Shown one piece after another: positions 46,402 through 55,951 of a DNA stretch of 64,000 nucleotides (position 1 is its first letter; each line of letters opens with the position of its first letter). The notes under the pieces are model-generated. The model saw nothing but the letters and a program-made list of their open reading frames with translations, made no database searches and was not told the origin of the DNA. The stretch is from Actinomycetota bacterium (GTDB lineage Bacteria; Actinomycetota; Acidimicrobiia; Acidimicrobiales; JAMCPL01). The stretch is taken from contig JAMCPL010000028.1 in NCBI GenBank assembly GCA_023379675.1, positions 8,033 to 72,032 of the forward strand. The letters run 5' to 3'. Both the position numbers and the translations under genes were made by a program.

Positions 46402-47421
46402 TCAACCCTTCAGTGCGCCAGCGGAAAGCCCGCGTACAAGCTGGCGCTGGAAGACTATGAGCAACAGGAAAATGGGCAGGGCGGCAAGCAGAGTACCGGC
46501 GAAGATCAGGTTGAAGTGATTCAGGCCCACGCCTTCGAGCTGTTTCAGCCCGATCTGCACCGTACGCACGCTGTTGGTATCGGTGACTATGAGTGGCCAG
46601 AGGTATTGGTTCCATGCACTCATGAAGGAATAGAGAGCGAATGCGGCTATGAGCGGCCGGTTGAGAGGGATCACTATACGGGTAAGAAAATGCCAATGAC
46701 CGTAGCCATCGAGGCGCGCTGCATCTCTCAAGTCTCGCGGCACACCAAGAAATGCCTGGCGAAAGAGGAATATCCCTACACCGCTGGCAATAAACGGAAC
46801 GATTAGGGCGGGGAAGGAGTTGAACCATCCCAGAGCGACGATGGTCTGACGATTGGGCACTATGGTCGCTTCCATCGGGACCATCATCGTAGCTATACAC
46901 GCCATGAAAAGCAGCCGCCGGAACGGGAACTTAAGGAAGGCAAATGCATATCCCGCAAGCACAGAGGTGACCAGTTCCGCGATAACTATCAAGATTGTCA
47001 CGATGGCGCTGTTCCGCAGGTAAATACCCAGATGGGCCTGGCTGAACGCGGCCGCAAAGTCTCCCCATAGCGGATGGACCGGGAAGAGAACGGGCGGCCG
47101 CGCCGCGATCTGGCGTGACGTAAGGAGAGAATTGACCACCGTGATGTAGATCGGAAAGCCTATGACGATAGCCAGTACCGCCAGGAGCAAGTACCTGGCG
47201 CCCATCGTCATAGGTCGCCTTACCCGGTTGCGGGATCTATTATGGCCGCGCCCGTATGCTGCGCCACTCCTCCTGCCTCCCATCCCACCCTTGCCTGTTG
47301 CGCCGCCTGAGCTGCCTCCGCTGCTTCCATTACTTCCACCGCCGGCCATCCCGCCGGAATCACTGTCACCAATACCGCCGGCAGCCGCAGATCGTTCCTG
47401 CAAGGTCTCACGTGCCGACAT
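46402..47421 (-). CDS. Carbohydrate ABC transporter permease (MalG-like) with Gly/Ser-rich N-terminal extension
   Basis: ...DAARLDGYGHWHFLTRIVIPL... is the EAA loop, and there are six hydrophobic segments. The start is uncertain: 47421, 47481, or an internal ATG before MGARYLLLAVL. Confidence 0.8.
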   Translation of the reverse strand: MSARETLQERSAAAGGIGDSDSGGMAGGGSNGSSGGSSGGATGKGGMGGRRSGAAYGRGHNRSRNRVRRPMTMGARYLLLAVLAIVIGFPIYITVVNSLLTSRQIAARPPVLFPVHPLWGDFAAAFSQAHLGIYLRNSAIVTILIVIAELVTSVLAGYAFAFLKFPFRRLLFMACIATMMVPMEATIVPNRQTIVALGWFNSFPALIVPFIASGVGIFLFRQAFLGVPRDLRDAARLDGYGHWHFLTRIVIPLNRPLIAAFALYSFMSAWNQYLWPLIVTDTNSVRTVQIGLKQLEGVGLNHFNLIFAGTLLAALPIFLLLIVFQRQLVRGLSAGALKG

Positions 47422-48316
47422 AGAAGACCCTCCGCTCGAAGAACCAGAACTGCGCAAGGGTGAGCACGAGAAGGATGGCAAACAGCGCTATCGACAACAC
47501 TGCAGCCAGCCCGTAGTTGCTGTCCGTGTAAGCCGCCTGGTAGATGTAGTAGATGAGCACCAGAGTATGGTTGTTGGGGCCGCCCTGTGTGAGCAGGTCG
47601 ATCTGACCGAATGCCTGGAAGGAACCGATGATGCCTACTATGGATGCGAAAAACACCGTGGGAGATAGAAGTGGAAGCGTCACCGTGCGGAAACGGAACC
47701 AGTTGGAAGCACCATCTATCCTGGCGGCCTCGAGCAGGTCGTCCGGCACCGACTGGAGTGCGGCGCTCATCAGGATGAACGTGAAACCGATATTCTGCCA
47801 TATCGTGACTACCGAAACCGCCGGAAGCGCCAGGGTCGGATTTGCCAGGATGCCGGTGCCTCCACGCTGGCCCAGCCAGTAGCTGAACAGCCCCACCTGG
47901 GGATCCAACAACGTAAAGAAAATCACTGATGCAACAGCCGTAGACGTTGCGACGGTGGAAGAAAAGATCGTCCTGAATACCCGTATTCCCGCTAGGCGTT
48001 GGTGGGCCAGGGTGGCGAGGGCGATGCCTAGAACTATGCCGATTGGAACCGTGAAGATTACAAACAGTACGGTTCTCCACAGGCTGTGCAGGAAAATTTC
48101 AGACGACAGCGTGGATGCATACTGTGAAAGACCCACGAAATGAGCGGGAAGGTTGGGAAAAGGTGGTGTCTCGAAGAAGCCCAGCCATATCGCCTTCAGC
48201 AGCGGGAAAAACACGAATACCCCGAACACGGCAAGGGCAGGGAGTATCCACAGGTAGCCGAGCCCAGCCTCACGTATCGCCTTCAGGCGGGTAAGTGATC
48301 GAATACGGGACGTCAC
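47408..48316 (-). CDS. Carbohydrate ABC transporter permease (MalF-like)
   Basis: ...EAARIDGASNWFRFRTVTLPLL... is the EAA loop. The protein is polytopic. Confidence 0.85.
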   Translation of the reverse strand: MTSRIRSLTRLKAIREAGLGYLWILPALAVFGVFVFFPLLKAIWLGFFETPPFPNLPAHFVGLSQYASTLSSEIFLHSLWRTVLFVIFTVPIGIVLGIALATLAHQRLAGIRVFRTIFSSTVATSTAVASVIFFTLLDPQVGLFSYWLGQRGGTGILANPTLALPAVSVVTIWQNIGFTFILMSAALQSVPDDLLEAARIDGASNWFRFRTVTLPLLSPTVFFASIVGIIGSFQAFGQIDLLTQGGPNNHTLVLIYYIYQAAYTDSNYGLAAVLSIALFAILLVLTLAQFWFFERRVFYVGT

Positions 48317-49503
48317 GGATCCAACCGCCTGCCGCTTGCAACGTCAAAAAGATGCAGCGCCTCCGGCGGCACTTCCGGCAGCGATCTCAACTCTTCCTGC
48401 GACACTCCTTGCTGCTCTCTTCGGGGCCTTCCCACCGCAAGATCGATCACGTCCCCATTGCGCATATGCGCCGGATCGCGATCCGTATCTACCGTGATGA
48501 ATTGCCCGCCTGCAAACCTGCATACCAGCCTGGATTCGCTTCCCACCACCTCGACCAGGCTGACGGTAGCATGTATCGTACCCTGTTCCACTATCTGCAA
48601 GTCCTGCGGGCGTATGCCAATCAGCACCTCACCAAGGTTCTCCCTGCGAGCTGCGGCGGCCAGTACCGGAGGGAGTTGCAGGTACCCGTCCTGGAAGCGA
48701 GCGTTCATCGCATCACCCTCCCCCTCTAGGTGGCCACGAATAATGTTCATGGGTGGATTCCCCACGAATCCTGCAACGAAGGCATTGGCAGGGTGCTCGT
48801 ATACCTCTCGCGGTGTGCCCACCTGCTGAAGCCGGCTTTGGTCGATGACCGCAATCCGGTTGCCCATGGTTGTGGCCTCCACCTGATCATGAGTGACATA
48901 GATGATCGTGGTGTCAAGTTTTGCATGCAGCTCCACCAGCTCAGCTCTCATCTCTATTCGTAGCTGTGCGTCCAGGTTGGACAGGGGCTCGTCCATGAGA
49001 AATGCCAGTGGCCTGCGGACAATCGCCCTCGCCAGGGCGACCCGCTGGCGCTGACCCCCAGACAATTGCGCGGGCTTCCTGTCGAGCAACTTGTCAAGCT
49101 GCAGGCTGCGGGCAACCTCTTCGACCATACGGCTACGCGCCGGCGCAGGATGTCCACGCGAGCGTAGGGGAAACTCTATATTACGCCGCACGGTCATGTG
49201 TGGATAGAGAGCGTAGCTCTGGAAGACCATGGCTATATCGCGATTCCGGGGATCCACATCATTCACCACCTGGCCACCAATCCGGATCACGCCCTGCGAT
49301 GGAATCTCCAGCCCGGCAATCAGTCTGAGCACAGTGGTCTTGCCGCAGCCCGATGGACCGAGCAGCACGAGGAACTCCCCCGCCTCAGCATCGATGGTAA
49401 AATCCTGCACAGCAGGTACATTGTCATACCACTTGCTCACCCCCTCCAGAGAGACTGCAGCCGGCGAACGGTCCACATCGCTGGAAAGCACAGCGCCTGC
49501 CAC
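48313..49503 (-). CDS. ABC transporter ATP-binding protein (MalK/UgpC/MsmX type)
   Basis: Contains GPSGCGKTT, LSGGQRQRVALARAI and FLMDEPLSNLD. GTG 49503 or 49476 is the likely start; the 515-aa track ORF overlaps the upstream gene. Confidence 0.9.
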   Translation of the reverse strand: MAGAVLSSDVDRSPAAVSLEGVSKWYDNVPAVQDFTIDAEAGEFLVLLGPSGCGKTTVLRLIAGLEIPSQGVIRIGGQVVNDVDPRNRDIAMVFQSYALYPHMTVRRNIEFPLRSRGHPAPARSRMVEEVARSLQLDKLLDRKPAQLSGGQRQRVALARAIVRRPLAFLMDEPLSNLDAQLRIEMRAELVELHAKLDTTIIYVTHDQVEATTMGNRIAVIDQSRLQQVGTPREVYEHPANAFVAGFVGNPPMNIIRGHLEGEGDAMNARFQDGYLQLPPVLAAAARRENLGEVLIGIRPQDLQIVEQGTIHATVSLVEVVGSESRLVCRFAGGQFITVDTDRDPAHMRNGDVIDLAVGRPRREQQGVSQEELRSLPEVPPEALHLFDVASGRRLDP

Positions 49504-49523
49504 CGTACTCCGGTGCCCGCCCT

Positions 49524-50918
49524 TTACACCCGCGAATTGTACGACGATATAGCCGTATCGGCAACATGGGCCGCCTGGGCAAGGGCCGTCCCAGGAGAAA
49601 CCCCCGATGACAGTGCTGTCAGACCATTCTCTATCGCGGTGTCCACCTCTGTCGATGCACCCGATACGTAGCCGGCGGTGGCTGGATTGGCAGGACTCGC
49701 CAGGATCTGCTCGTAGGCAACTCGGTATTGAGGGACATCTTTCCATGCCTGGGTAAGGACTGGTTCGCTGACCGCCGATCTGCGGACAGGAATATAGCCG
49801 GTCTTGGCAGCCCAGTAGGCTTGGCTGGTGGGATCCTGCAGGAACTTGATGTATTGCCATGCAGCATCCTGTCTCTCAGGAGTGGAACGCAACTTTACGA
49901 TATAGAGACCCGACCCCCCGACAAACACTCCTCCATTGGGTGCCGAGGGTCCCGGCAAGGGTCCTACCCCCAATTTCAGATTGGGATTGGGATGGCTGTC
50001 AAGCACGTATACGGCATCCCCTATGGCTGCCGAAGTCTCAATGGTCATCGGCGCTATCTGGGAAGCTATAGCATAAAGATCATCATAACCCAAAAATGGG
50101 GTGGTCTGAGCTATCTTGTCATGCACCATATCGTACCACCATGTAAATAGCGACTTGCCGAGCGAATCATCGAAAGTAACCGCAGTAGCCCTCCCGCTCC
50201 GGCCGTTCCCGTGGTTGACAAGGAGTTCGCCCCCCATCGCCATCCACTCCTCAAACGTGGAGGGCGTGAGCTTGAGGCTCATCCCATACTTCTCGGTTCT
50301 GGTGCTGACGATTTTCTCGGCGTAGGCACGCAGTTCGCTGAGGGTGGTTGGCGGGCTCTCCGGATCGAGCCCGGCTTTGGAGAAAGCGACCTTGTTGTAG
50401 AAGAGAACCTCACCCGAAATAGCAAACGGCAACGCCCACAGCGCGCCATCCACCCGGAAATAGTCGACGGTGGAAGGAACGTAATCCGACAGGCTGTAGT
50501 TCTCGGCATCGATTGCCGACTGGACCGGGGTAGCGCTGTCACTGTCAATCATCAGCTGGAGGTCGGACGACTCCATCTGGACCACGTCCGGCAGCGTACC
50601 GCCGCTCAGCGCGGCAGTATAGAGCGTCAGGGTGGCAGTATAGCTGGCCTGGTTCACCATGCTCACATGTACGTCGCTTTGGGACGCATTGAACTTAGCC
50701 GTAAGGTCCGCCAGCGCAGTCCCATTGGTACCAGTCATGGATTGCCACATGGTAATGTTCACCGGCTTCGACTTGGCGTGTGCAGCCGCTCCCAGCGGGA
50801 ATGCAGACACCTTGGAGACCGGCGCCTTCACGGGTTTCGACGACGAACACCCTGCCAGCACTACGCCGGTTGCGCTGAGTGACGCCATTTGCAGTACTGT
50901 GCGCCTGCTGACTGGCAT
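49524..50918 (-). CDS. Extracellular solute-binding lipoprotein (family 1, sugar)
   Basis: From ATG 50918: MPVSRRTVLQMASLSATGVVLAGCSS (Tat-like RR plus lipobox), followed by a typical family-1 SBP body. Confidence 0.85.
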   Translation of the reverse strand: MPVSRRTVLQMASLSATGVVLAGCSSSKPVKAPVSKVSAFPLGAAAHAKSKPVNITMWQSMTGTNGTALADLTAKFNASQSDVHVSMVNQASYTATLTLYTAALSGGTLPDVVQMESSDLQLMIDSDSATPVQSAIDAENYSLSDYVPSTVDYFRVDGALWALPFAISGEVLFYNKVAFSKAGLDPESPPTTLSELRAYAEKIVSTRTEKYGMSLKLTPSTFEEWMAMGGELLVNHGNGRSGRATAVTFDDSLGKSLFTWWYDMVHDKIAQTTPFLGYDDLYAIASQIAPMTIETSAAIGDAVYVLDSHPNPNLKLGVGPLPGPSAPNGGVFVGGSGLYIVKLRSTPERQDAAWQYIKFLQDPTSQAYWAAKTGYIPVRRSAVSEPVLTQAWKDVPQYRVAYEQILASPANPATAGYVSGASTEVDTAIENGLTALSSGVSPGTALAQAAHVADTAISSYNSRV

Positions 50919-51030
50919 TGCACCCCATCCTGTCCGACCGGTGTCTCTTGCCCTACGCTCACCTGCCCATGGCTCATCTGGCATTGCCAACCTCCTTCAG
51001 CCGCGTAACCGCCTATCCAACAGTAATACA

Positions 51031-52020
51031 TTATTGTCCCGCACAACCGCAAGTCCTGACCACCATCGAAACAAGCAGCTTTTCCGCAAGCCCGGGAAGC
51101 GGCGACTTGGAAAGATCCTGCACAGCTGCCATCCCGCTGGACCCGTCACCAAAGGTTACCGCAATGACGCTCTGCACTCTTCTCCACTCCATGGAGGCAA
51201 GCAGGTAAGCGTAAGGAATCCCCGGTGCCCCCACCTCCGTAATCAGGCCATGAGCACCATCAGGGAGACTCACCCGGCGAACATCCATAGAAGCAGGTTC
51301 TGGAACATTCCCTCCCTTGAACTGGACACTCCCTGCCTGGGTTCCAGAATCCGCAGCGGTCGACAGCATCGCAGCCCATAAAGCCGGCGCGCATTTCTTG
51401 TAAAGCGACGAATCTCTCATGAAATAGCTGGCAAACGGCTTGGCGGTCATATCCACCCAGGAACTCAGGGCAACGTAATACTTATGCAGTGGATTGGACC
51501 CCGTGGGACCAAACGTGGGCGAACCGATATTCAGTACCTGGTTGGCATTGTAGAGCTCATCAGCCTTCTCTCTGGCGCTCAAATGCATGCATGAGGCAAA
51601 CTGAAGCGCAGCAGGAAGGTCATGCATAGCCAACGTCTTGTCACTGGAAGCTTCCTGGGCCGGCATCACTTGCCTCCATCCTCCTGTAAGATCACCCAGT
51701 CTAAGATTCACCCTCTTGGCAACAGAAAGATCGCGCAGTAACCGTACTCCCCCCTCGGCCGGAACGCATCCACCGCAGGTTACCTGCCGTTGCAAAGACC
51801 TCGTCATGGAAGGAGAAACTTGCGAGTCTCCTGCCTGCCTGAGCGTCGAACCGGGGACAGGGGAACTCGTACCCACCCCGACGAGGACGCCCGCGACCAT
51901 GGCCACAACCAGCAGCCCCAGAGCACCATATACCCGCGCCGCACCTCGCAGCCTTCCAGGCACTGAAATGCTGCTGCAGGCGGTTCTCCACTTTCCAGGC
52001 CATGCCGCCATCAAGCACAA
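51031..52020 (-). CDS. Membrane-anchored/secreted hypothetical protein, paralogous to the C-terminal domain of the 593-aa repeat protein
   Basis: N-terminal anchor ALGLLVVAMVAGVLVGV. VNLRLGDLTGGWRQV and GSPTFGPTGSNP parallel [14 protein letters not shown] and [13 protein letters not shown] in the protein at 19175-20956. Confidence 0.55.
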   Translation of the reverse strand: MCLMAAWPGKWRTACSSISVPGRLRGAARVYGALGLLVVAMVAGVLVGVGTSSPVPGSTLRQAGDSQVSPSMTRSLQRQVTCGGCVPAEGGVRLLRDLSVAKRVNLRLGDLTGGWRQVMPAQEASSDKTLAMHDLPAALQFASCMHLSAREKADELYNANQVLNIGSPTFGPTGSNPLHKYYVALSSWVDMTAKPFASYFMRDSSLYKKCAPALWAAMLSTAADSGTQAGSVQFKGGNVPEPASMDVRRVSLPDGAHGLITEVGAPGIPYAYLLASMEWRRVQSVIAVTFGDGSSGMAAVQDLSKSPLPGLAEKLLVSMVVRTCGCAGQ

Positions 52021-52137
52021 TTATATACATTGCAGTCGGTGGGCGTGAGACACACCAGGCATTGCGAGCAACTTTCCGTTGGCAGGCAGTAACCGTCCAG
52101 GCCAGCGCAAAATCAGGTTGCGGTGTAAACCAGTGCC

Positions 52138-52219
52138 GCACCGGATCACCGGCACCGGGTGGCGGCTTCAGAGTGCAGGGGCAATCCCGGACATACCAGC
52201 ACCGGATCACCGGCACCGG
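52138..52219. repeat. Two identical 21-bp direct repeats in a divergent intergenic region
   Basis: GCACCGGATCACCGGCACCGG occurs at 52138-52158 and 52199-52219. Confidence 0.85.
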
Positions 52220-52333
52220 AACTTATGTTACCTTGCCTGCGAAAATCTACGCGGCATGCCGGCATCCACCATCATGCGATCGTAATATGCTTCTACGTGC
52301 AAACTTCGATCAATAATGCTAATATTCAAGGTC

Positions 52334-53587
52334 ATGAAGTCCAGGACATCTAAGACACCACAGAGACTTTCCTTGCAGAAGGGTGCCGCGACAGCGGTGT
52401 CTCTGGCTGCGGCTGTTACCCTACTGGCGTCATGCAGCCAAGCCAGCAATGTACCTTCCCCTTCCACTGCCATCACGGCTGCCCGTTGCGGTACTGGACC
52501 AAAGGTGGCTCCGGGTCAGCAGAACCAGTTACTGGGACTGGTTGCAGACGTAGGAACCGGTAATCTGTATCCAGTCAATCTTGGAACGGGCAAGGTGGGG
52601 CATCCCATATCCATAGGTTTCGGCGCCGAGGCCATAGCCGTGACCCCGAACGGCAAGCAGGCCTATGTGGCAGATGGAGGCTACGCAACTGCTTCGAGTC
52701 TGTCCAACTACAAAAGCTCTCCGGTATTCAACGGTACGATCGTCCCGATCAATCTGATTACGGGACAAGCCGGTAAGCCTATCTCTGCTGGTTTCGGGCC
52801 AATAGCCATCGCCGTGACCCCGAACGGCAAGCAGGCCTATGTGGCAGACATGGGACTCTTGGGGGGACTGGGCAGGAGGTCGTTTGCCGTAGACGGATAC
52901 ACGGTGGACGAGATAAATACCGCAACAGACCATACTGACGGCACATTTCGGATAGGCCCAGGACCGGGAGCCATCGCCATCACGCCAAATGGCAAGCAGG
53001 CCTATGTGGCAATTACCGGTACTCCGCTCCACATAGCCAATTATATAGTCCCCATGAATCTGGCAACCGGCACAATAGGTAAGCCAATACACACCGGGAT
53101 AAGCCCCATGGCCATCGCCATAACGCCGAACGGCAAGTGGGCATATGTGGCGAATACCGGGTGGCCTCAGAAACAGGGGCACACCGTTACCCCGGTAAAC
53201 CTGGCTAATGATACTCCCGGCAAACCTATTCCCGTAGGATCAGCACCTCTGTCAATTGCCATCACGCCGAACGGCAAGTGGGCATATGTGGCCAACTCTG
53301 GGTACGGTCTGGGAAAGAAATTCACTGTCACCCCTATCAATCTGACTACCAATATTCCCGGCAAACCCATTACCGTAGGACCCGGTCCTACGTGGGTAGC
53401 CATCACGCCGGACGGCAAGTGGGCATATGTGGCAGACAGCGGACGAATTGGAAACCGCGGCAAGGAGGTCACTCCAATCAATATTGCCCGGAATTGTGCC
53501 GGGGTACCCATACGCGTTGGAGTATCTCCGCAAGCTATAGCAATTGCCTCTGAGCCAGCAACCATTGTTGCCAAACTTACGGGGTAA
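52334..53587 (+). CDS. Lipoprotein with YVTN-family beta-propeller repeats
   Basis: Signal plus lipobox ...AVTLLASCSQ. There are about 8 repeats of ...(A/S)P.AIAITPNGK(Q/W)AYVA.... The start is either 52316 or 52334. Confidence 0.85.
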   Translation: MKSRTSKTPQRLSLQKGAATAVSLAAAVTLLASCSQASNVPSPSTAITAARCGTGPKVAPGQQNQLLGLVADVGTGNLYPVNLGTGKVGHPISIGFGAEAIAVTPNGKQAYVADGGYATASSLSNYKSSPVFNGTIVPINLITGQAGKPISAGFGPIAIAVTPNGKQAYVADMGLLGGLGRRSFAVDGYTVDEINTATDHTDGTFRIGPGPGAIAITPNGKQAYVAITGTPLHIANYIVPMNLATGTIGKPIHTGISPMAIAITPNGKWAYVANTGWPQKQGHTVTPVNLANDTPGKPIPVGSAPLSIAITPNGKWAYVANSGYGLGKKFTVTPINLTTNIPGKPITVGPGPTWVAITPDGKWAYVADSGRIGNRGKEVTPINIARNCAGVPIRVGVSPQAIAIASEPATIVAKLTG

Positions 53588-53682
53588 CAATAACATGTGG
53601 TATAGAAATATTCAATCCAGACAATACTCGGAGAGGTGGGCAACAGCATGGAGAAAGCCTGTATGACGCATCAGCTGGCACG

Positions 53683-55356
53683 ATGCATACACACACTGGA
53701 TACTTCGGCCATATGAGTGACCATTCCATCCTGGGTGCACAAGTGAAAGAGATGCAAGTCGCACAAGCGACAAGTATCCTAGGCCTTACGGCCGATCTCG
53801 CTTCGGCGTGTGTATGGGACGACAGCATGGTGGCTGATTCCCAATTGAGGCAACGTGATGTCTCGTTTGTGACCATCGGGGGAGGAATAGGCTCTTTTGC
53901 CCTTGTGGATACATTACGCATAGCGGGAGTCAGCGCTGAAAACATATCTGTGATAGGCCCCTTCGCGAATGCCTACGAATCATTGAAAAGCTTGCTAATC
54001 AACTCTCAAATACCTGATTCGAATAGGATAAGGTCGGGGTCGTCGGACAGGATGGACAACTTATGGGGTTGGCCCGGTTACGGGATGACAGAGGCATTTC
54101 GCCGTAAGAACCCGCTTTTACTAATGCATCTGGCAGCTGAACCAGTTCTATGTGAGTACTATACTCCAAGGGCATCTGACGTGTATGCGTCCATGGACAG
54201 GGAAGCAGAGAGAATCTCGTGGCATCAAATGTTCACCCCCGGCAAGGTGCCGCTCGTACGAAAGCGCCGCGAAGGAGGATACTTCGTTGTTGTCGTACCG
54301 CCGGACAATACAGAGAGTACGGACAATACCGGCAGCACCAGCGACGCATCCGGCTCGAAACTCGAGATAATTAGGGCACGATATGTCCACCTTTCCTTGG
54401 GAGCAGCTGGGTTGCGCATACTCCCCGACCTCGAATCGTACCGGGCCGGCACCGGCGATATGAATCATGTGGTCAATGTGTACGAACCACACGAGCATGT
54501 ATACAGGGCATTGATTGAAAGACCTGGATCAAGCGTGCTTGTAAGGGGGGCGGCCACTTCTGCCATGGAGGTCGTAGGTCGGCTTGTACGCGACCGGAAC
54601 AGCTACGACAGTAAGGTCACGATATACCATCTCCTCCATCACTACGTGAACAAGCCTAAGGGTTCACCAATGTGGCGTATACCCGGAGGAAATGGTTTCG
54701 CTTACCAGGCATTCACTTTTACAAAAGGAGCGTACGGTGGCCAGTTGCAGGATCGGTGGCGTTCGCTGAAAGACGATGAGGATCGTACAATGCTGCTAGG
54801 GCTGCTGGCAAGCACAGCTATACCAAAGCGTCGCCAGTGGTTGAGAGAACTCGCTCGGGGAAAGAGCGAGGGCTGGTACAAAATGCTGGCTGGTTCAGCG
54901 GCAGGACTGCAAAAGGGAGACAACGAGAAGATTGTAGCAACCATAGATCATGATACAGTAGATAATGATAGCGAACATGGTAGCGAAAACGCATCCAGAA
55001 CCATTGAGGTGGATTACGTTATAGACTGCACGGGAGTCACCGTCGATGTACGCGACCATGAGGTTCTGGCAGATCTCATCGATTGCGGGGGAGCCGGATT
55101 GAATGCGATAGGACAGCTGGCCGTCAACCGGTCCTTCGAAGTAGAAGGGGCGCACAGCGGCAGTGGCAAGGTATTCACGACTGGCTTCTCTGCGTTGGGC
55201 AATCCCTACGTAGTACCAATGTATTCTTTCTGGGGATACCAGTACTGCGCTTTGATAATAGCCAACTCCCTGGCCAACGAAGGTTTTTGCAACCGCATCA
55301 ATACACGCCGCTCTATTGGCGGATGGTGGCGCTTGGTGAGGAATCGCACTCCATGA
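53683..55356 (+). CDS. Putative FAD/NAD(P)-binding oxidoreductase-like protein
   Basis: VSFVTIGGGIGSFALVD is a GxGxxG dinucleotide-binding motif, and SSVLVRGAATSAMEV is a second Rossmann-like segment. No precise family recognised. Confidence 0.5.
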   Translation: MHTHTGYFGHMSDHSILGAQVKEMQVAQATSILGLTADLASACVWDDSMVADSQLRQRDVSFVTIGGGIGSFALVDTLRIAGVSAENISVIGPFANAYESLKSLLINSQIPDSNRIRSGSSDRMDNLWGWPGYGMTEAFRRKNPLLLMHLAAEPVLCEYYTPRASDVYASMDREAERISWHQMFTPGKVPLVRKRREGGYFVVVVPPDNTESTDNTGSTSDASGSKLEIIRARYVHLSLGAAGLRILPDLESYRAGTGDMNHVVNVYEPHEHVYRALIERPGSSVLVRGAATSAMEVVGRLVRDRNSYDSKVTIYHLLHHYVNKPKGSPMWRIPGGNGFAYQAFTFTKGAYGGQLQDRWRSLKDDEDRTMLLGLLASTAIPKRRQWLRELARGKSEGWYKMLAGSAAGLQKGDNEKIVATIDHDTVDNDSEHGSENASRTIEVDYVIDCTGVTVDVRDHEVLADLIDCGGAGLNAIGQLAVNRSFEVEGAHSGSGKVFTTGFSALGNPYVVPMYSFWGYQYCALIIANSLANEGFCNRINTRRSIGGWWRLVRNRTP

Positions 55357-55877
55357 CCTTTACCCTCGCTGGCCGCATCCAGACGCGCCTGTTCCTGGCA
55401 GCTACCGTAGGTGTGCTGTGGACAGCCATTATCACTCCTTTCCTACCCAGCCCGCCGATGGGCTCTATAGGCGGGGTCGGCATGGTGCCTATGCAGATGA
55501 GCAGGCTAATGATACTCATACCTACCCCATACAACGCTACCCCAATAGACTACCAGATGACGTTCGGCACGATAGGAATGATGGCAGTGGTAGGAGTGGT
55601 GTGGGAACTGCTCTACCACCTCCTTCAGCAATTCCGCTGGGACAAGGACTGGCCTCCACTTTTCACCCTTCTGGCAGGCATCCCCGAGGGCTTGGTGCTG
55701 TGGTACGTCATCCACTTGGTTCACGTAGAAAATGGTACGCTGGCTCTGAATTCGCCAGGTATGCCCATGTTTGCCATACACTTTGCAACCACCTGGTTGC
55801 TCATGTGGCTCTTCATGGTAGGTCCCATGAAGGTGACCAGCCTGCGATGGCGCTTCGAAGGTGGACGTATAATCTGA
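55353..55877 (+). CDS. Hypothetical polytopic membrane protein
   Basis: ATGA overlap with the upstream stop. 174 aa with 4-5 hydrophobic helices and the motif QQFRWDKDWPP. The longer track ORF (55083) overlaps the upstream gene. Confidence 0.55.
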   Translation: MTFTLAGRIQTRLFLAATVGVLWTAIITPFLPSPPMGSIGGVGMVPMQMSRLMILIPTPYNATPIDYQMTFGTIGMMAVVGVVWELLYHLLQQFRWDKDWPPLFTLLAGIPEGLVLWYVIHLVHVENGTLALNSPGMPMFAIHFATTWLLMWLFMVGPMKVTSLRWRFEGGRII

Positions 55878-55951
55878 CCACACTATATCTTCTTTTGAAG
55901 CAACTCACGGAGCCACTGTGACATCGCTGATCAAAAGCGGTCGGATAGAAA

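Noticed and set aside
46355-48080. Alternative-frame minus-strand ORFs (181 and 286 aa) over the ABC permease genes
   Set aside because: They overlap genes with clear permease EAA-loop motifs, and their products are Arg/Pro/His-rich.
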